Source: Caldisericota bacterium (GTDB lineage: Bacteria > Caldisericota > Caldisericia > JAAYUI01). From it: a DNA stretch of 64,000 nucleotides. The position numbers and the translations under genes are program-made. The notes beneath the pieces were generated by a model. It worked only from the letters and a program-made list of their open reading frames with translations, did no database searches and was not told where the DNA came from. The stretch's first letter is position 1. Every line of letters begins with the position of its first letter. Positions 39,969-51,439 of the stretch are shown here, one piece after another. Where the stretch lies: assembly GCA_029548865.1 (NCBI GenBank), contig JAKPMO010000024.1:1-64000 (forward strand). Reading direction: 5' to 3'.

Positions 39969-41265
39969 CTTTCACACCTCCAAGATCATAAGGCGAGAAA
40001 GAATTTACCTTGACGTTTACAACATCACCCCTCTTGATGTTTGCGCCTTTCACTGAAACTGTCCCGTCAATCTCAGGGGCATCAGCCATAGATCTCCCGA
40101 TTGCCGTGTCCTTGCCGATGCCATCAATGATCACAGGTAACATCTGTCCCTTAAGCCTTGAGTTGTTTTCAAGCGATATCTCGCTTTGAAGGGCCATCAG
40201 GGTGTTCCAGCGATAGCTTGCAACCCTCGAAGAAATCTGTTTCATTTTGTAAGAGAGGGTGTTTTCTTCTGGCGAATACTTGAAAACCCCGAGCCTGTCA
40301 AACATTGTTTCCCTAACAAAAGAGGCGAGTTCATCAAAATCCTGCCTGCCTTCACCAGGGAAACCGACAATGATTGATGACCTCAAAATGGCATTCTTGA
40401 ATGAACCCCTGATCGTTTTAATGAGTAGGCGAATGTCGTCTTTTCCTGGACTGAGTCTTCCCATTGCCGAAAGAATCTTGTCGTTTATGTGCTGGAACGG
40501 GATATCAAAATATGGAAGCACTTTTTTAACAGTAAAGGCCGCAAGGACATTTTCCGTAAGGTGCATCGGGTTCAGGTACATCACCCTTATCCACTCAATG
40601 CCACCAATTTGCGAGAGCTCCTCCATCAATTTCTTCAAATCATAAGGGTCTTTGGCGTCAAGCCCGACAATGGAGGTGTCTTGTGCAATGATGATGATTT
40701 CCTTGACGCCAATTGAAGCAAGCGCCCTTGCCTCAAGAACGAGGTCTTTAAGTTCAAAACTGTGGTAGGGGCCCCTTATTGAAGGAATAGTGCAAAAAGA
40801 GCATTTATGGGAGCACCCCTCGGCAATCCTTAGATATGCCACATGGGGCAGTGTCAGCTGGAGTCTTGGGAGCGGTGAGCCCTGTGGCGCATGGACAGCA
40901 GATCTTTCAAATGCAAGTGATCCATTGGCCGCCAGTGCAGCAAGGTCGTTCTTGCCAGTGCCGAGAAAAGCATCAATTCCCTTATATTTTTCCTTTATCT
41001 GTTCCCCAACAAGCTGGGGAAGACAGCCAGTCACAACAATACGCTTTATTTTGCCGGCCCTTTTGAGCTTGATAGCATTTTTGATCGTTTGTTCAGATTC
41101 TTCCCTTGCGTCTCCAATAAAAGAGCATGTATTTATGAAAAGAATGTCGCAATCCTGATCGCCAAGGACTATCTCATAGCCCTCTTTTGCAAGAGAGGCC
41201 ATCATCTGTTCGGAATCCACCAGGGCCTTTGGGCAACCAAGACTGACAAGCCCGACCCTCGTCAC
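39958..41265 (-). CDS. rimO: Ribosomal protein S12 methylthiotransferase
   Basis: SLGCPKALVDSE, NTCSFI, EGCSHKCSFC radical SAM motif, APEIDG. Confidence 0.95.
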   Translation of the reverse strand: MTRVGLVSLGCPKALVDSEQMMASLAKEGYEIVLGDQDCDILFINTCSFIGDAREESEQTIKNAIKLKRAGKIKRIVVTGCLPQLVGEQIKEKYKGIDAFLGTGKNDLAALAANGSLAFERSAVHAPQGSPLPRLQLTLPHVAYLRIAEGCSHKCSFCTIPSIRGPYHSFELKDLVLEARALASIGVKEIIIIAQDTSIVGLDAKDPYDLKKLMEELSQIGGIEWIRVMYLNPMHLTENVLAAFTVKKVLPYFDIPFQHINDKILSAMGRLSPGKDDIRLLIKTIRGSFKNAILRSSIIVGFPGEGRQDFDELASFVRETMFDRLGVFKYSPEENTLSYKMKQISSRVASYRWNTLMALQSEISLENNSRLKGQMLPVIIDGIGKDTAIGRSMADAPEIDGTVSVKGANIKRGDVVNVKVNSFSPYDLGGVKVGH

Positions 41266-43619
41266 TTCTTCCTCCGCGGGGTTTGGTGCTTTATGGCAAT
41301 TTTGATGACGTCAAAAACATTTTCCACAAAAACTATTTTTATCTCGGAGAGCACATCCGCCGGTATTTTTTTACTGTCAGCTTCATTGTCTTTTGGCAAG
41401 ATGACAGTTTTAATACCATAACGGTGTGCGGCCAGGACTTTTTCTTTCACTCCACCAATTGGAAGAACAGAACCTCTCAGGGTTATCTCTCCGGTCATTG
41501 CAACATCTGATCTGACAGGCAAACCTGAAATTGCAGAAACAAGCGAGGTTATTATTCCGATTCCTGCGGACGGGCCATCCTTGGGGATAGCACCTTCAGG
41601 GAAATGTATGTGTATATCGGTTTTGTCAGCGCTGTAAGATTCTGGAAGGCCAAGCTCTTTCCTGTGGCTCCTCACAAATGACATGGCGGCTGTTGCAGAT
41701 TCTTTCATTACATCGCCAAGCTGGCCAGTGAGTATCAGCTTTCCTGAGCCCTCCATCAGTGTGCATTCGATGAAGAGGACTTCACCGCCATTTTCTGTAA
41801 CGGCTAGTCCCGTGGCAATTCCAACTTCGTCCTTCTTGAGCTGGACATCGGACTTGAATATCGGAACATCAAGATAATCTGAAAGATTCTCTGGGAGTAT
41901 TGTTGTTTTCTCCAATTTACCAGTTTCAACCTTGTTTTTAGCCACCTTGCGCATGATCGAAGCAATCCTGCGTTCGAGAGTCCTGAGGCCAGCTTCCCTG
42001 GTGTAAAGTCTTATCACACCGTCTATTGTTTCATCCGGCAATTCTACATCATCTGCAGTAAGGCCATTTTCCTTTAGCTGCTTTGGTATGAGGAACTTCT
42101 TTGCAATATGGATTTTGTCATACTGGGTGTAACCAGGGATTGTGATGAGCTCCATCCTGTCGAAAAGAGCTCTGGGAATGGTGTGGGAAACATTGGCAGT
42201 TGTCACAAAAAGCACGCCTGACAAATCATAGGGAATTTCCAGGTAATGGTCGGAAAATGCAGTATTTTGTTCAGGGTCAAGTGCCTCAAGTAACGCCGCT
42301 GTAGGATCTCCCCTGAAATCCAGCCCTACCTTGTCAATTTCGTCCAGCAAAAAAACTGGGTTTGAGGAACCTGCAAGCTTTATCCCCTGGATTATTCTGC
42401 CTGGCAAGGCACCAACATAAGTGCGCCTGTGTCCTCTTATCTCGGCCTCATCCTTTATTCCACCAAGAGAAACTCTTACAAATTTCCTGCCCATTGCCCT
42501 GGCAATTGACTTTCCAAGCGAGGTCTTCCCGACACCTGGAGGGCCAACAAGGCAAAGAATGGGGCTTTTTGCTTTTGGGGACAACTTTCTGACTGCGAGG
42601 TACTCGAGAATCCTTTCCTTGACCTCATCAAGGTCATAATGGTCTTCATCAAGTATCTGTTTTGCCTGCTTGATGTCTATGCAGTCCTCGGTTTTTACTT
42701 CCCAGGGGAGCGAGAAAATCCAATCCAGATAGTTTCTTACAACAGCTGCTTCTGCCACCATTGAGGGCATTTTCTCAAGTTTGTCCAACTGCTCATTTAC
42801 GGCTTCTACAACATAGGTGGGAAGATTTGGTCTTCCTTCAAGCTTCTTTTTGAGTTCGGATATGTCATTTGAAAATTCGGAGCTGGACTCTCCAAGTTCT
42901 TTCTGGATGGCTTTGAGCTGTTCCCGTAGGTAAAATTCCTTTTGGGTTTTGTCTATCTTGTTGCGTACTTCAGATTCTATCTTGTTCTGGATATTGAGGA
43001 CTTCAAGCTCGGAGCTGACAAGATCAATGAGTCTGGAGAGCCTGTCTCTGGTTGGCTCTATGGAGAGAATTTCCTGCTTTTCTGATATTGAAAGCCCGAT
43101 GTTGGCGGCAACTATGTCAGCCATCTGGTTTGGTTCTTCAATTTCGGAGAGGCCAAGGAGCATCTCCGGGAGGAGCCTCTTGTTTATCCTGAAATATTCA
43201 TCAAACTTTCCGGTAAGCACCCTCATGAGCGCCTTGATTTCCGGGGTCATTTCAAAAGTTTCAATAAAAGGCTCAACTACAGCTTTTGTAAATTTTTCGC
43301 CATCAACAAATTTCTTGATTTTTACTCTTCTAATGCCTTCTGCAATGACCCTGAGGTTTCCATCCGGCATTTTTTGCTGGAGCTGCAATATTTCACAGCC
43401 AACACCAACATCATAAAGATCGCTGGCGCCAGGTTCATCAACCATTTCAGATTTTTGCGTACAAACCACAATCATCCTGTCATTGGCATAGGCCTCTTCA
43501 ACCGCGGCCACTGATCTTTCCCTTCCAATAATCAAAGGGACGGTCATTCCGGGGAACATGACGAGGTTCCTCAGTGGTACAAAAGGAGCTTCAGTAAGCT
43601 CCCATTTTGACCCAGGCAT
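41262..43619 (-). CDS. lon: ATP-dependent Lon protease
   Basis: [34 protein letters not shown]. Confidence 0.98.
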   Translation of the reverse strand: MPGSKWELTEAPFVPLRNLVMFPGMTVPLIIGRERSVAAVEEAYANDRMIVVCTQKSEMVDEPGASDLYDVGVGCEILQLQQKMPDGNLRVIAEGIRRVKIKKFVDGEKFTKAVVEPFIETFEMTPEIKALMRVLTGKFDEYFRINKRLLPEMLLGLSEIEEPNQMADIVAANIGLSISEKQEILSIEPTRDRLSRLIDLVSSELEVLNIQNKIESEVRNKIDKTQKEFYLREQLKAIQKELGESSSEFSNDISELKKKLEGRPNLPTYVVEAVNEQLDKLEKMPSMVAEAAVVRNYLDWIFSLPWEVKTEDCIDIKQAKQILDEDHYDLDEVKERILEYLAVRKLSPKAKSPILCLVGPPGVGKTSLGKSIARAMGRKFVRVSLGGIKDEAEIRGHRRTYVGALPGRIIQGIKLAGSSNPVFLLDEIDKVGLDFRGDPTAALLEALDPEQNTAFSDHYLEIPYDLSGVLFVTTANVSHTIPRALFDRMELITIPGYTQYDKIHIAKKFLIPKQLKENGLTADDVELPDETIDGVIRLYTREAGLRTLERRIASIMRKVAKNKVETGKLEKTTILPENLSDYLDVPIFKSDVQLKKDEVGIATGLAVTENGGEVLFIECTLMEGSGKLILTGQLGDVMKESATAAMSFVRSHRKELGLPESYSADKTDIHIHFPEGAIPKDGPSAGIGIITSLVSAISGLPVRSDVAMTGEITLRGSVLPIGGVKEKVLAAHRYGIKTVILPKDNEADSKKIPADVLSEIKIVFVENVFDVIKIAIKHQTPRRKK

Positions 43620-44869
43620 CAGGCTGTCCTCTCAAGAGACATCTCTGCCCCATCAGAGTCAATTAGAATGGGTGATTTTATTCCTTTTGCCGCATTGGCA
43701 TCAACAATGCACTTTGCAACTGTTTTCATTGAGGGCAAAGAGTAGAGCACATCAAGCATGATGTTTTCAAAAATTCCCCTCAGCGCCCTGGCGCCTGTTC
43801 CAAGCTTTTTTGCCCTCTCGGCAATCGCCAGCAAGGCATCCGGAGTAACAACAAGCTGGGCACCCTCTGCTGCAAGAATTGTTTCGTACTGCTTTACTAG
43901 GGAATTTCTTGGCTCCACAAGTATCCTTGCAAGTTCATCAGTGCTGAGATCTGAAACACTCGTTACAATCGGAAAGCGGCCAACAAATTCCGGTATCATG
44001 CCAAACTTGATCAAGTCGTCAGGAGTGACCTGGGAAAGCAGTGATGATTCCTCAATCTGTTCAACCGGTTGCCTGTTATATCCTACTTGCCTTTTGCCAA
44101 GCCTATTGGCGATTATTTTTGGGAGTGATTCGAACATCCCGCCAATAATGAAGAGTATCTTTGTTGTATCAACCTGTATAAACTGCTGTTGGGGATGTTT
44201 TCTTCCACCCTGCGGTGGAACATTGCAAACGGTCCCTTCAACCATTTTCAAAAGTGCTTGCTGAACGCCTTCGCCAGAAACGTCTCTTGTTATTGAAGGG
44301 TTCTCAGATTTTCTTCCTATCTTGTCTATCTCGTCTATATAAACAATGCCGACCTGTGCAGCATCAACGTCCCAGTCCGCCGACCTGAGGAGTCCAAGAA
44401 GGACGTTTTCGACATCTTCGCCAACATAGCCAGCTTCGGTGAGTGTTGTTGCGTCTGCGATTGCAAAAGGAACGTTGAGAATTTTTGCAAGTGTTTTTGC
44501 TATCAAGGTCTTTCCTGAGCCAGTTGGTCCAATGAGCATAATATTGGATTTTTCAACCTCAACGCCGGTTGATTTGAAGCCAAGCACAGAACGGTAATGT
44601 TTGTAAACTCCAACAGATATGACTTTTTTGGCCTGGTCCTGGCCAATGATGTGGCTGTCGAGTTTTTTGTGTATCTCCTCTGGAGGAGGAACATGACCAA
44701 TGCGCCTTTTTATTTTGCGGGTCGACTCGTCCTGCAAAAGCTTTGAGCCAAGATTGATGCAATTTTCACATATCAGGGCACCATTGCCCTCCATCCCGCG
44801 AACACCAATAGACAATGGCTGTCCACAGAAAGAACAGATTTGTTGCTTATCTTTTTCTTCTTCAGACAT
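43619..44869 (-). CDS. clpX: Clp protease ATP-binding subunit ClpX
   Basis: CSFC..CENC zinc finger, [28 protein letters not shown]. Confidence 0.98.
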   Translation of the reverse strand: MSEEEKDKQQICSFCGQPLSIGVRGMEGNGALICENCINLGSKLLQDESTRKIKRRIGHVPPPEEIHKKLDSHIIGQDQAKKVISVGVYKHYRSVLGFKSTGVEVEKSNIMLIGPTGSGKTLIAKTLAKILNVPFAIADATTLTEAGYVGEDVENVLLGLLRSADWDVDAAQVGIVYIDEIDKIGRKSENPSITRDVSGEGVQQALLKMVEGTVCNVPPQGGRKHPQQQFIQVDTTKILFIIGGMFESLPKIIANRLGKRQVGYNRQPVEQIEESSLLSQVTPDDLIKFGMIPEFVGRFPIVTSVSDLSTDELARILVEPRNSLVKQYETILAAEGAQLVVTPDALLAIAERAKKLGTGARALRGIFENIMLDVLYSLPSMKTVAKCIVDANAAKGIKSPILIDSDGAEMSLERTA

Positions 44870-45461
44870 TTTGCTTGCCAACTGACTCTATGACCTTGTC
44901 AACGAGCCCGTACTCTACGGCTTCCTGTGACTCCATGAAGAAGTCCCTTTCGGTGTCTGCCTGGATTTTGTCCAATGGCTGGCCTGTATGTCTGGCAAGA
45001 ATTTCGTTGACAGCCTTCTTCATCCTGAGCATTTCTTTTGCCTGTATTTCAATGTCTGTTGCCTGGCCCTGCGCACCACCTGCGGGCTGATGGATCATTA
45101 TTCTGGAATGTGGAAGAGCAAAACGCTTCCCTTTGGCGCCTGAAGCCAGGAGAATAGCTCCCATCGAGGCAGCTTGGCCAATGCAGATCGTTGATACTGG
45201 TGCAGAAATGTATTGCATGGTGTCATAAATGGCAAGGCCAGATGTTATCACACCGCCAGGAGAGTTGATGTAAAGGCTGATTTCTTTTTTGGGATCTTCG
45301 GCATCGAGATAGAGCAACTGGGCCACTACAGAATTGGCTGTTGCATCTTCGATCATTTCGCCGCCAAGAAAAATTATGCGGTCTTTAAGGAGTCTGCTGT
45401 AAATGTCATATTGACGCTCACCGTAACCGGTTTGCTCAATAACCCACGGAACAAGATTCAT
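44862..45461 (-). CDS. clpP: Clp protease proteolytic subunit
   Basis: [31 protein letters not shown]. Confidence 0.98.
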   Translation of the reverse strand: MNLVPWVIEQTGYGERQYDIYSRLLKDRIIFLGGEMIEDATANSVVAQLLYLDAEDPKKEISLYINSPGGVITSGLAIYDTMQYISAPVSTICIGQAASMGAILLASGAKGKRFALPHSRIMIHQPAGGAQGQATDIEIQAKEMLRMKKAVNEILARHTGQPLDKIQADTERDFFMESQEAVEYGLVDKVIESVGKQNV

Positions 45462-45469
45462 GGTTCACC

Positions 45470-46738
45470 TCACTGTTTTTCTGTGAGCTGAACCTTCCCC
45501 ATCAAATACTCGACGGTTTTTCTTCTTCTGATAATTCTGGCGAGGTTTTTCCTGACCTGCTCATCGTTTTGGTCTATGGCCGGTCTTCTCGCATCCTTCA
45601 TTGCCTTTGAGATTGCTGCAATTTCCTGGTCAATCTCTTCTTTTGAAACTTCAATGGAATTTTCTTTTGAATAGTCGTCGAGTATAACATCCAACTTGGC
45701 TTGGTTTGTTGCTTTTGGGGTTAGTTCAGCCCTGAGCTGCTCCTCATTGATAGCTCTTTTTTCCATGTACATTTCAAGTGTGATGTTCTTTTTTGAAAGG
45801 TCCCTGGCGAGCTTTTCAATTTCATCATCAACAGATGATTCAACGAGGTTTTCTGGCAACTCAATATTTGTCTTTTCAAGTAAGGCCTTGGCTATCATGG
45901 ACTCAATATACTCCTCTTTGGCGTCCTTTGCCTGTTCAAGAAGCTCATTTTTTACAATGTCCTTCAAGGCCTCAACGTTTTCAACATGTAGTGTCTTGGC
46001 GAAATCATCATCAAGATTTGGCAATATTCTTTCTTTTATTTCGCCTATATTAATCTCAATTTCAACAGGTTCTTGCCCAGAAGAAATCTCGGCCATGACT
46101 CTTTTTGTATCACCCGATTTTACACCGACAAGATTTTTGTCAAAATCTTTGACAAAATCTTCCATCCCGACTTCTACAAGTTCTTCTTTTTTCCTGTCAG
46201 ATGCTCTTCCATCTGTGATAACAGACCACTTGAAATAAACAAAATCACCCTTTTTGGCTTTTCTGTCCACAGGGGCCATTGAAGCGTATCTGCCTCTGAT
46301 GTTATCGATGGCTTTTGTCATATCTGTATCGGTAACATCAAATTTTGGAACTTCAATAGCAACTTTGGAAGGGTCTGCAAGCTCATAATCCGGGATAAAA
46401 AAGATTTTTATTGTAAGATTGAGTGGGCCATCACCTTCAAAAGAATCAACTTCAAAAGTTGGACTTCCAACAACTCTGATTGTTTTTCCTGAAAGCATTT
46501 CTTTGAGAGCTTGCCTTGCAGCAATCTCCGTGAAATCTTCTTTCATTGACTCAATGCCAACGTGCGTGGCGAAAATCTTAAAAGGGGCTTTGCCAGGTCT
46601 GAATCCGGGGATCTTTATCCTTGAGACATTATCTTTGTATACCTGTTCAAACCCTTGACTCACCTCATCAGGGGTGAAGGTGGCCTTTCCAACTAGAGTT
46701 GTCCGGCCCTCTGGATTTGTTGTTATTTGCATGTTCAC
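45470..46738 (-). CDS. tig: Trigger factor
   Basis: IPGFRPGKAP, LDDDFAK; upstream of clpPX (start GTG 46738 or ATG 46732). Confidence 0.95.
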   Translation of the reverse strand: MNMQITTNPEGRTTLVGKATFTPDEVSQGFEQVYKDNVSRIKIPGFRPGKAPFKIFATHVGIESMKEDFTEIAARQALKEMLSGKTIRVVGSPTFEVDSFEGDGPLNLTIKIFFIPDYELADPSKVAIEVPKFDVTDTDMTKAIDNIRGRYASMAPVDRKAKKGDFVYFKWSVITDGRASDRKKEELVEVGMEDFVKDFDKNLVGVKSGDTKRVMAEISSGQEPVEIEINIGEIKERILPNLDDDFAKTLHVENVEALKDIVKNELLEQAKDAKEEYIESMIAKALLEKTNIELPENLVESSVDDEIEKLARDLSKKNITLEMYMEKRAINEEQLRAELTPKATNQAKLDVILDDYSKENSIEVSKEEIDQEIAAISKAMKDARRPAIDQNDEQVRKNLARIIRRRKTVEYLMGKVQLTEKQ

Positions 46739-46747
46739 CTAAAACTT

Positions 46748-46822
46748 TGGAGCGGAAGACGGGACTTGAACCCGCGACATCCACCTTGGCAAGGTGGCGC
46801 TCTACCGCTGAGCTACTTCCGC
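46748..46822 (-). tRNA. tRNA-Gly(GCC)
   Basis: Cloverleaf GCGGAAG...CCACC-TTGCCAA-GGTGG...GTTCAA...CTTCCGC-T-CCA. Confidence 0.97.
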
Positions 46823-46834
46823 GCCGCTATTTTT

Positions 46835-46920
46835 TGGTGCGAAGGGCGGGACTTGAACCCGCACAGGTTTAACCCTACTGGATCCTAAGTCCAGCGCGTC
46901 TGCCATTCCGCCACCCTCGC
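46835..46920 (-). tRNA. tRNA-Leu(TAG)
   Basis: CTGGA-CTTAGGA-TCCAG anticodon arm, long variable arm, encoded CCA. Confidence 0.97.
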
Positions 46921-46953
46921 GCACGAACCTTACTTTCAAACTACGAGTTTGGT

Positions 46954-46981
46954 AGTATAGCAACAAAAGTTAACGAATCAA
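46954..46981 (-). promoter_or_regulatory. Putative promoter for tRNA-Leu/Gly-tig-clp operon
   Basis: TTGATT-16nt-TATACT with TGn extended -10. Confidence 0.6.
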
Positions 46982-47943
46982 GGGGTGCTTGATGCAACTT
47001 TTTCGGAAAGAGAGGACCAGGCGTCATCGCTGGCAAGCAAGATTGCATCTGGTTTGAAGAAGGCCTGAACCAATCCAAGATTACTAAAAATCCTTATTTC
47101 CTCGCCCTTGAACATGGGGACTGTTGTTCTTATTGTTTTTACTTCTTTTTTAATAAAACCGGACAATGACGAATGGACAAGTTTTGCCATTATTTCGGCA
47201 GATTTGGGAATTGGCATGCAACCGAGTGCAAGAATTTCCCCATACTCTCCTCTATCAATCGCAAGAACTGCACCAGCAAGTCTGTTGCCCCTCAATGCCA
47301 TAAATGAAATTGAGCCATCAACCTTGCCACCAGAGGTCTCTTTTTGCTCTAGAAGCCACCTATATCGTGGTTCCCTCTCAGGAAGTTCTTTGACTATTTC
47401 CAAGTCTCCGAGATCTGATGTTGCAATGACCTGGGAAGCCTCATTTTCAAACTCTTCTCTCCAGGGGGAGATAGTTATTCCATCTATATTTGGAACTTGA
47501 GGAAGCTCACCTTTTGCCCATATCATTTCAATTTGTGGCTGGACCATAAACCCAAGAGAAATCAGCGGCCTGGAAATATAATCTTCTTTACCAAAACAGA
47601 TTGACTTAAATTCGATCACTTCAAGGGGGGACTGTTTGACAAGCTCGCGATAACACTCACGAACCATTTCACTTACAATTAATCCTCTTTCAGGATCATC
47701 CACGATCAACGTCGAAACGATGGAGCCAACTGTTTCTTTCCTGCTAACGCACATATATCCGACAAGTTTTGGGCCTTGTATTGCAGTTATTACGATATCA
47801 ACAGATTTGATTGGCTCGCGGACACTCTGCTCAATTATCTCGTTTATCTCACCCGAAAATGAAAGATCTGAAAGTTCCCTGTGGGCAAAATCGAGAATCC
47901 TTCTTTTATTCCCGTCCCAAACTGATATTTGTGTTTGTTTCAT
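46978..47943 (-). CDS. Tandem GNAT-fold protein (divergent)
   Basis: Two repeats of GNAT-like strands (KLVGYM, RLAGAVL) ending in SLGF / NLGL; 321 aa. Confidence 0.6.
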   Translation of the reverse strand: MKQTQISVWDGNKRRILDFAHRELSDLSFSGEINEIIEQSVREPIKSVDIVITAIQGPKLVGYMCVSRKETVGSIVSTLIVDDPERGLIVSEMVRECYRELVKQSPLEVIEFKSICFGKEDYISRPLISLGFMVQPQIEMIWAKGELPQVPNIDGITISPWREEFENEASQVIATSDLGDLEIVKELPEREPRYRWLLEQKETSGGKVDGSISFMALRGNRLAGAVLAIDRGEYGEILALGCMPIPKSAEIMAKLVHSSLSGFIKKEVKTIRTTVPMFKGEEIRIFSNLGLVQAFFKPDAILLASDDAWSSLSEKVASSTP

Positions 47944-47951
47944 CTAATTTT

Positions 47952-48027
47952 TGGTGGGATGCACAGGACTCGAACCTGTAACCGCCTGATTAAGAGTCAG
48001 ATGCTCTACCAATTGAGCTAGCATCCC
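47952..48027 (-). tRNA. tRNA-Lys(CTT)
   Basis: CTGA-CTCTTAA-TCAG anticodon arm, GTTCGA, encoded CCA. Confidence 0.97.
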
Positions 48028-48038
48028 GTTTTGGTTCT

Positions 48039-48112
48039 CGCGCCTAGCAGGAGTCGAACCCGCAACCTTCGGATCCGAAGTCCGTCGCTCTATCCAGTTG
48101 AGCTATAGGCGC
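48039..48112 (-). tRNA. tRNA-Arg(TCG)
   Basis: CGGA-CTTCGGA-TCCG anticodon arm; no encoded CCA. Confidence 0.95.
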
Positions 48113-48118
48113 AACAAG

Positions 48119-48192
48119 TGGGCCTAACAGGATTTGAACCTGTGACCTACGGTTTAGGAAACCGTCGCTCTATCCAACTGAGCTATAGGCCC
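48119..48192 (-). tRNA. tRNA-Arg(CCT)
   Basis: ACGGT-TTCCTAA-ACCGT anticodon arm; no encoded CCA. Confidence 0.95.
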
Positions 48193-48210
48193 GTTTGTAC
48201 AATTTTCAAC

Positions 48211-48284
<74 letters not shown>

Positions 48285-48293
48285 ATACATAAA

Positions 48294-48370
48294 TGGTCGG
48301 GGCGAGAGGATTCGAACCTCTGACCTTTTGGTCCCAAACCAAACGCGCTACCAAACTACGCCACGCCCCG
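48294..48370 (-). tRNA. tRNA-Pro(TGG)
   Basis: CGGGGCG acceptor stem, TTTGG-TTTGGGA-CCAAA anticodon arm, encoded CCA. Confidence 0.96.
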
Positions 48371-48405
48371 ATGTCCCGGTTGCAAAGTTCCGCAACAAGA
48401 AAAGA

Positions 48406-48433
48406 ATTATAATTGTCTAATGTTTAATTTCAA
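48406..48433 (-). promoter_or_regulatory. Promoter of the tRNA Pro-Arg-Arg-Arg-Lys cluster
   Basis: TTGAAA-16nt-TATAAT, about 35 nt upstream of tRNA-Pro. Confidence 0.65.
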
Positions 48434-48435
48434 GT

Positions 48436-49152
48436 CTATAAGCCTAAGCGTTCCTTTATCGTCTTTTCAAGTGCGTTTGTTTCAGGATCGGACGCGTCAA
48501 GCATGCCAACTTTCTCAACAATCTGGTTTCCCTTGTCATCGAGTAAGGTAAAATTGGGGATACCCTGTTGAACAAAGACACCACCGACTTTCCCACCACT
48601 GTTGTCCCAGAAAACATTATATCCTATTCCTTCTTCTGTGGCGAAAGTTCTTGCCTTTTCAAGATTTTCTTCTGAATCTATATTGATTCCAATAATCACA
48701 AGCCCCTTGTCGCCGTATTTCTTCTGCCAATCAAGAAGCACAGGAGTCGAAGCACGACATGGTGAACACCACTGTGCCCAAACGTCTATGAGATAAAGTT
48801 TACCACCGAGTGAGGTTAGTTCCTTTTCAAAACCTTTCTCATCAAACCAAACTACGCTTTTTGACAAGCCGTCAGTTTTTGCCAATGAGACTGGAGAAAA
48901 CCAGTATGAATTTTGAGTCTTGGCACCAGATGGCTTTGCAAGATCGATTATTTCTTTCGGGTTTAAACCCTGGTTTTTATCTATATCTGTCTGATTCTGG
49001 TCAGATTGTTTTTCTTCCTGGTTGTTTTTAGGGAGTTGTTGTTCTTGCTGTGCTGGCATCTCATCGATAATAATCTCTCTCTGCGGACCACAAGAAGCAG
49101 CAAAAAAGACCGCCACAAAAAGGGCGATTATCATAGCTATATTTTTTCTCAT
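48436..49152 (-). CDS. TlpA/ResA family thiol-disulfide oxidoreductase lipoprotein
   Basis: Lipobox FAASC, DVWAQWCSPC, GIP cis-Pro loop. Confidence 0.9.
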   Translation of the reverse strand: MRKNIAMIIALFVAVFFAASCGPQREIIIDEMPAQQEQQLPKNNQEEKQSDQNQTDIDKNQGLNPKEIIDLAKPSGAKTQNSYWFSPVSLAKTDGLSKSVVWFDEKGFEKELTSLGGKLYLIDVWAQWCSPCRASTPVLLDWQKKYGDKGLVIIGINIDSEENLEKARTFATEEGIGYNVFWDNSGGKVGGVFVQQGIPNFTLLDDKGNQIVEKVGMLDASDPETNALEKTIKERLGL

Positions 49153-50402
49153 TTTTTCACCTCAATCGTTTTTGTCTTATCATCGTAAGATATTTGTGCG
49201 CCAAGCATTTCGGAAACAAATCTCAAAGGCACCATTGTTACACCATTACACATTATTTGTGGAGGCACCGAAGATGGCATGAGTTTTCTTTTTCCGTCAA
49301 CGGTGGCGTAAGGATCACCTATTACCATTTCAATCACCTTTGGTCCTGTATAGGAAATGGTGACCTTTCTTTTGGTCGCATCCCAGGAGGTCCTGCCTCC
49401 AAGTGGCTCAACTATTTCCTTTACAGGAACAATCGTCCTGCCATTTTCAATCTTTGTAGGACAACGCAGTTTTGTGCCAACTCCATCCACATAACCAACA
49501 TAGCTGCCAATTGTAAAAATGATGACCTTTTCTTTCTTTGGATTGGCAGCATTTGTTACTTTTTTCTGGAGTTTCCCCAAATAGTCGTATGCAGACAGTG
49601 TTCCACCATCGGATGACGAAGAAACAATCACCCAATCCTTATCCTGATTGACACAAAGAGAACAGGAGGAAGCGCCAACGGCAAATTTCCTCAAATAATT
49701 CCCATCTTTGTCAAACACTTTGACGTTTTGGCCATCCAGAACAAAGAAAATATCTTCATTTCTTGAGGCATCTATTGCAATCGGTGAATTTAATATCTCA
49801 CTCTGAAAGCTCGAAAGATACGACCCAGAAGTAGAATATTTTTTGATGCTTTGTGAGTCTACCGCATAGATTTGCTTTGATGTTGAGAAATAACATGCCT
49901 TGGGCGAAGAGAGACCCATTATCTCGTATCTAAACTTTCCATAGTCATCAACCACAGCAATCTTCTTAAGTTGAGGATCCACAATAGCCACCCAATAATC
50001 GTCATTTGAACGCAAATAAACAATTTCTGAAGGATTTTTTGTTTGTCCCTTGGCTACACCCACAGGCAATATATTTCTTTTAAAAACATAGTTACTTTTG
50101 GGATCAATCTCAAACATTTTGGTTTGGGATGTTGAAGATGAAACAAAAGAGATTTCGCCAGCACACCAGCAAACAGTGATTGAGCTTGCCCTCATTTGCT
50201 GTAGTTGTGATTGCGAGATGATAGTTTGCTGGTAATTAAGGTTTTTATCAAACTTCAGGACTTTTTGACCTGAAATATCCAATACGAAGGTGTTTCCGTA
50301 AGCATCACAACTTGAATCCAGTGGTTGGGATGATATACCCATGGTGGGTATAGGCATCATAATCAAGGAAAATATTACAACAAACGACAACCACTTTTTC
50401 AT
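49149..50402 (-). CDS. Secreted NHL/beta-propeller protein with C-terminal copper amine oxidase-like stalk domain
   Basis: Signal peptide MKKWLSF..., NHL-like repeats, GRTIVPV...WD and TMVPLRFVSEMLGA..YD stalk motifs. Confidence 0.85.
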   Translation of the reverse strand: MKKWLSFVVIFSLIMMPIPTMGISSQPLDSSCDAYGNTFVLDISGQKVLKFDKNLNYQQTIISQSQLQQMRASSITVCWCAGEISFVSSSTSQTKMFEIDPKSNYVFKRNILPVGVAKGQTKNPSEIVYLRSNDDYWVAIVDPQLKKIAVVDDYGKFRYEIMGLSSPKACYFSTSKQIYAVDSQSIKKYSTSGSYLSSFQSEILNSPIAIDASRNEDIFFVLDGQNVKVFDKDGNYLRKFAVGASSCSLCVNQDKDWVIVSSSSDGGTLSAYDYLGKLQKKVTNAANPKKEKVIIFTIGSYVGYVDGVGTKLRCPTKIENGRTIVPVKEIVEPLGGRTSWDATKRKVTISYTGPKVIEMVIGDPYATVDGKRKLMPSSVPPQIMCNGVTMVPLRFVSEMLGAQISYDDKTKTIEVKK

Positions 50403-50460
50403 ATTTAATTTTTTATCCTCTTTGAATATTTTTGTCAAGAGCCAAATGGGGGGGTATATA

Positions 50461-50489
50461 AAAAAAGGCCCCTAAAAAGGGGCCTTTTT
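50461..50489 (-). terminator. Intrinsic terminator after argF
   Basis: AAAAAGGCCCCT-AAAA-AGGGGCCTTTTT. Confidence 0.85.
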
Positions 50490-50503
50490 GTTGAAAATGG
50501 TTA

Positions 50504-51439
50504 TCAGAGGACAAGCGCCAAAACTGCTTTTTGAACATGCAGCCTGTTTTCTGCCTCGTCAAAAACGATTGAGTATGGGGCATCAACAACCTCATCGACA
50601 ACTTCTTCACCCCTGTGCGCTGGCAGGCAGTGCATGAAGAGGGCTCCACCGCTCACTTCCATGAGTTTTGGTGTTACCTGATACGGCATCATCCTCTTGA
50701 CTCTCTCGGCATGCTCAGCTTCCTGGCCCATTGAGGCCCAGACATCAGAGTAGATAACATCAGAATTCTGAACGGCTTCGATTGGATCATGGCTGACTTC
50801 GATGGTTGCACCGGTGAGCTCTGCATCCTGAAGTGCATTGTCCCAGATAGTTTTATCAGGAAGATCGCCCTTTGGTGTGCAGATAACACAATCCATTCCA
50901 ACTTTTGCGCAACCTTCGATAAGGCTATTTGCCATGTTGTTGGCGCCATCGCCCATATAGACGAGCTTTCTGCCACAGAACGAGCCAAATTTTTCCCTTA
51001 CCGTGAAAAGGTCGGCAAGCACCTGGCATGGGTGAAGAAGATCAGAAAGGCCGTTGACCACTGGAACTGAGCCGTATCTTGCAAGGTCAACAAGTTTTTG
51101 GTGCTGGAAAACCCTGGCCATAATTCCATGAACATACCTTGAAAGAACTTTTGCAGTGTCAGCGATAGATTCGCCACGGGCAAGCTGAAGGTCATTTGAG
51201 GAGAGATATATCGGGTGGCCACCAAGCTCATGCATGGCAATGTCAAAAGATAATCTGGTACGCGTGGAGGGCTTTTCAAAAATCATTGCAAGGGTTTTGC
51301 CTGCAAGGATTGGATTGATGAGCTTTCCAACCATTCTTTCAAGTTTGAGTGTGCGGGCAACATCAAATATCTGTTCGACTTCTTCGATGGTGAGATCGTG
51401 AATGGAAAGAACTGACTTTCCTTTCATGTTTATTGCCAT
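50504..51439 (-). CDS. argF: Ornithine carbamoyltransferase
   Basis: FEKPSTRT, HPCQ, DVWASMG, HCLPAHRG, EAENRLH. Confidence 0.97.
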   Translation of the reverse strand: MAINMKGKSVLSIHDLTIEEVEQIFDVARTLKLERMVGKLINPILAGKTLAMIFEKPSTRTRLSFDIAMHELGGHPIYLSSNDLQLARGESIADTAKVLSRYVHGIMARVFQHQKLVDLARYGSVPVVNGLSDLLHPCQVLADLFTVREKFGSFCGRKLVYMGDGANNMANSLIEGCAKVGMDCVICTPKGDLPDKTIWDNALQDAELTGATIEVSHDPIEAVQNSDVIYSDVWASMGQEAEHAERVKRMMPYQVTPKLMEVSGGALFMHCLPAHRGEEVVDEVVDAPYSIVFDEAENRLHVQKAVLALVL

